Positions 61,753-64,000 of a stretch of 64,000 nucleotides of DNA are shown one piece after another. The notes under the pieces were generated by a model. The model was not told where the DNA came from. It made no database searches and saw only the letters and a program-made list of their open reading frames with translations. Each line of letters opens with the position of its first letter. Positions within the stretch are counted from its first letter, which is position 1. This DNA comes from Candidatus Heimdallarchaeota archaeon (GTDB lineage: Archaea > Asgardarchaeota > Heimdallarchaeia > JABLTI01). The position numbers and the translations under genes are program-made. The stretch is taken from contig JABCTZ010000036.1 of the NCBI GenBank assembly GCA_018238155.1, positions 320,001 through 384,000 on the forward strand. Reading direction: 5' to 3'.

Positions 61753-63521
61753 TGTAAATAACCTTCCATACCTTTCTGTAATAATTCTGAAAAGAGGGAT
61801 TGTGGATTTTTCACTAATTCCGCTCTTGACCCTGCTTCAATTATTTTTCCTTTCCCAAGAATGATGATATCATCGACTTTTTCTAATGTTGGCAGTCGAT
61901 GTGCGATAATAATTGCACTTCTTCCTTGTAGGAGCTTTTCAAGTGCTTGGTCAACTTGTCGTTCTGTTGCAGGATCGAGTCTTGAGGAAGCTTCATCAAG
62001 GATGACTATTTTTGGATCCTTCAAAAATGCTCGAGTAAGTGCCAGTAATTGTTCCTCACCTGCAGAGAGTCCCAACTCATCTGAGTAGACAATCGTTTCA
62101 AGACCATTTGGTAAGCTTTCATACCATTCTTTTAACCCTAATTCATGTATAACATCAATAATCTCTTCATCAGAGATTTCTTTGTTGAAGAAAGTAATAT
62201 TATCTTTAATGGATGCCTTAAAGAGCTCAACATCTTGAGTGACGTAAGCAATATTTTTTCGTAATTCATGAAGTGGGAATTCTGCTACCTTGAAACCATT
62301 GACAGTTATGTTTCCTTCATTTGGTTCATATAATCGAAAAATCAAACGAGCAATGGTTGTTTTACCACTCCCTGTTTTTCCAACCAAACCGATTTTTTTC
62401 CCTGGTTGTAAGTCAAAATTGATGCCTTGTAAAACTAGGTTCTCTTCTTTGTAACCAAAGGATAATTTTTCAAAGGTAAGATTGACATTCTTCTCTGGAA
62501 AAGAGCGTTCTCCCAGATTCTCTATTTTACTTTTGATATCGAAAAATTCCTTTATACGGTCAATATTTGCAATTGAATTTTGCATCATATCAATTTGCCA
62601 AATTATTAGACGGATGGGCCAAATAAGTGTGGCTGCATAGGATAAGAGAAGGTACAATTGACCAATGTCTGCTCCTAACGGGACAGCGAAATAAGCAAAA
62701 GCAACGAGAATTGCAATATTAATTACTGCTCTCATTAAAACCACTAAGAGAAAATAAACACGAGAATAGAGTGTAGAATTAATTCTATCTGTATAATTAA
62801 CTTTGGAATGATCAAGGAACCGTTTCATAATATAGCTACTACCTGCATTTGGTTGAATGTCTTCTAAACCAGATACATTTTCTTCAACATTGCCAAATAA
62901 TGCTGTAGTAGATTCTCGAACCTTTTTCCAATAGGGTGCAACAACATTTCGTACCAAAAATATCGCAATAAATGCGATAAAAGTATAGGCTAGAAAAATG
63001 ACTCCATAAATCCATCCTTCTATGAAGATTGCAATGATTATCCCAATAATGATAAGAAAACTTCCAAGGAAAAAAATACTGAAAGTACTAAAGAACTCGG
63101 ATAAGGTAGTCGCATCACCATCAATTCGCTCAATCATTTCGCCGGTTTTTTTCTGGTTGTGAAAAGTCATATCTAAATTAATACAATGGAAAGCTAAGTC
63201 TACTCGTAAATCGTTTGTTGTCAACCAAGCTAATTTTATGCTAACAAATCGAATGAAAACCATCAAGCTTCTATACAAAAGGCTAACTCCAATATAAATT
63301 AGGGATATTGTTAAGAGAAATTGAAAATCAAGTGTACTTGATAGTGCAGCATTAATGTAGGTTCTAAGAATTTGAGGAAGAAAGATATTCAATACATTAT
63401 ACACAATGATTGTTAGAGATAAAATTACTACTAATTTTACATAGGGTTTCAAGTACTTTTTTAGTAACGACATTGTGTACTTCATTGTTGGCGACATGTT
63501 TTTTTCTTCCTTATTTAGCAT
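61749..63521 (-). CDS. ABC exporter half-transporter (TMD plus NBD), partner subunit
   Basis: GKTGSGKT, LSAGEEQ, ILDEA, IAHR; 4-nt overlap with the next gene. Confidence 0.9.
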   Translation of the reverse strand: MLNKEEKNMSPTMKYTMSLLKKYLKPYVKLVVILSLTIIVYNVLNIFLPQILRTYINAALSSTLDFQFLLTISLIYIGVSLLYRSLMVFIRFVSIKLAWLTTNDLRVDLAFHCINLDMTFHNQKKTGEMIERIDGDATTLSEFFSTFSIFFLGSFLIIIGIIIAIFIEGWIYGVIFLAYTFIAFIAIFLVRNVVAPYWKKVRESTTALFGNVEENVSGLEDIQPNAGSSYIMKRFLDHSKVNYTDRINSTLYSRVYFLLVVLMRAVINIAILVAFAYFAVPLGADIGQLYLLLSYAATLIWPIRLIIWQIDMMQNSIANIDRIKEFFDIKSKIENLGERSFPEKNVNLTFEKLSFGYKEENLVLQGINFDLQPGKKIGLVGKTGSGKTTIARLIFRLYEPNEGNITVNGFKVAEFPLHELRKNIAYVTQDVELFKASIKDNITFFNKEISDEEIIDVIHELGLKEWYESLPNGLETIVYSDELGLSAGEEQLLALTRAFLKDPKIVILDEASSRLDPATERQVDQALEKLLQGRSAIIIAHRLPTLEKVDDIIILGKGKIIEAGSRAELVKNPQSLFSELLQKGMEGYLQ

Positions 63522-63703
63522 AGTTCTCTTAAGATTGTTACTTAAGACAAATTGATGACGAAAGAAACGTCTTTTTTTCTAAAAGAAACCAATCTTGTTT
63601 TAATAATTTTGGTTTGTGTCATAAGGTTAAAGCATTATGTTAGATATGATAATTTTGCAAAGATCATTTAACACAAACATTAGCTTTAAGATTTGACCAA
63701 TAT

Positions 63704-64000
63704 TCAATCAGAAGTTTTCTTTATTTTAATAACCTTTTTTTTCTTAGTGATATTTCTCCGCGTATAGGAGGTTTTTCTTGTTTTCGGATAGATGCCTGAT
63801 GTAGTTTTAACCTTATTTTGTAATAAATCAAACGCAAAAGCTGAAGTAGAGAAAGTAGTTGCATCAATTGTTTTAGCAATTTCTGCTAATTCTTCATCAA
63901 ACATTCGTACAAATAATTCGATGTGAGGATATTTCTTCTTAACTGCCACAGTTAGAATGATTGCATCTGAGAATAGTTCTTCTGTGTTCCAACAGATATA
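63704..64000 (-). CDS. C-terminal part of a TrkA-N/RCK-domain protein (5' end outside window)
   Basis: ...AIILTVAVKKKYPHIELFVRMFDEELAEIA...ATTFSTS resembles the end of an RCK domain. Confidence 0.55.
   Translation of the reverse strand, partial: YICWNTEELFSDAIILTVAVKKKYPHIELFVRMFDEELAEIAKTIDATTFSTSAFAFDLLQNKVKTTSGIYPKTRKTSYTRRNITKKKKVIKIKKTSD

Noticed and set aside
59941-63521. Degenerate ABC motifs (VFDD, LSAGE) read as pseudogenisation or novelty
   Set aside because: This is the usual asymmetry of heterodimeric ABC exporters.

Overview
AT-rich archaeal DNA. The gene repertoire (tandem-wHTH Lrp-like regulators, membrane-anchored RING protein, LVIVD and DxDxD-repeat surface proteins, large FtsX permeases) is most consistent with an Asgard archaeon such as Heimdallarchaeia; this assignment is an inference. 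Positions 1-43.4 kb and 59.9-64 kb are mostly ordinary chromosome: proteases, ABC transporters, a GH13 glucosidase, amino-acid catabolism genes, a Doc-type toxin-antitoxin pair with an interrupted toxin, and a decayed TPR gene. Positions ~43.6-59.1 kb hold a complete but atypical type I-B (TM1802/Csh-like) CRISPR-Cas locus. It has 14 identical 37-bp repeats, a leader, and a minus-strand adaptation operon DUF2797-cas1-cas2-cas4. A divergent 519-aa wHTH protein precedes a plus-strand operon cas8b - 432-aa protein - cas7 - cas5 - cas3 - HEPN-motif protein - cas6. Best candidates for novelty: (1) Cas8b ends where its Cas11 domain should begin, and the next gene appears to encode three tandem Cas11-like units in one chain; (2) a putative HEPN RNase (RNNHAH) lies between cas3 and cas6; (3) a GIY-YIG-like DUF2797 gene heads the adaptation operon; (4) a wHTH regulator with no recognisable CARF domain is flanked by palindromic candidate operators; (5) a frameshifted relic of a different Cas8 family (Cst1-type) sits just upstream of cas8b. 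All protein calls are by-eye motif recognition; no searches were run.
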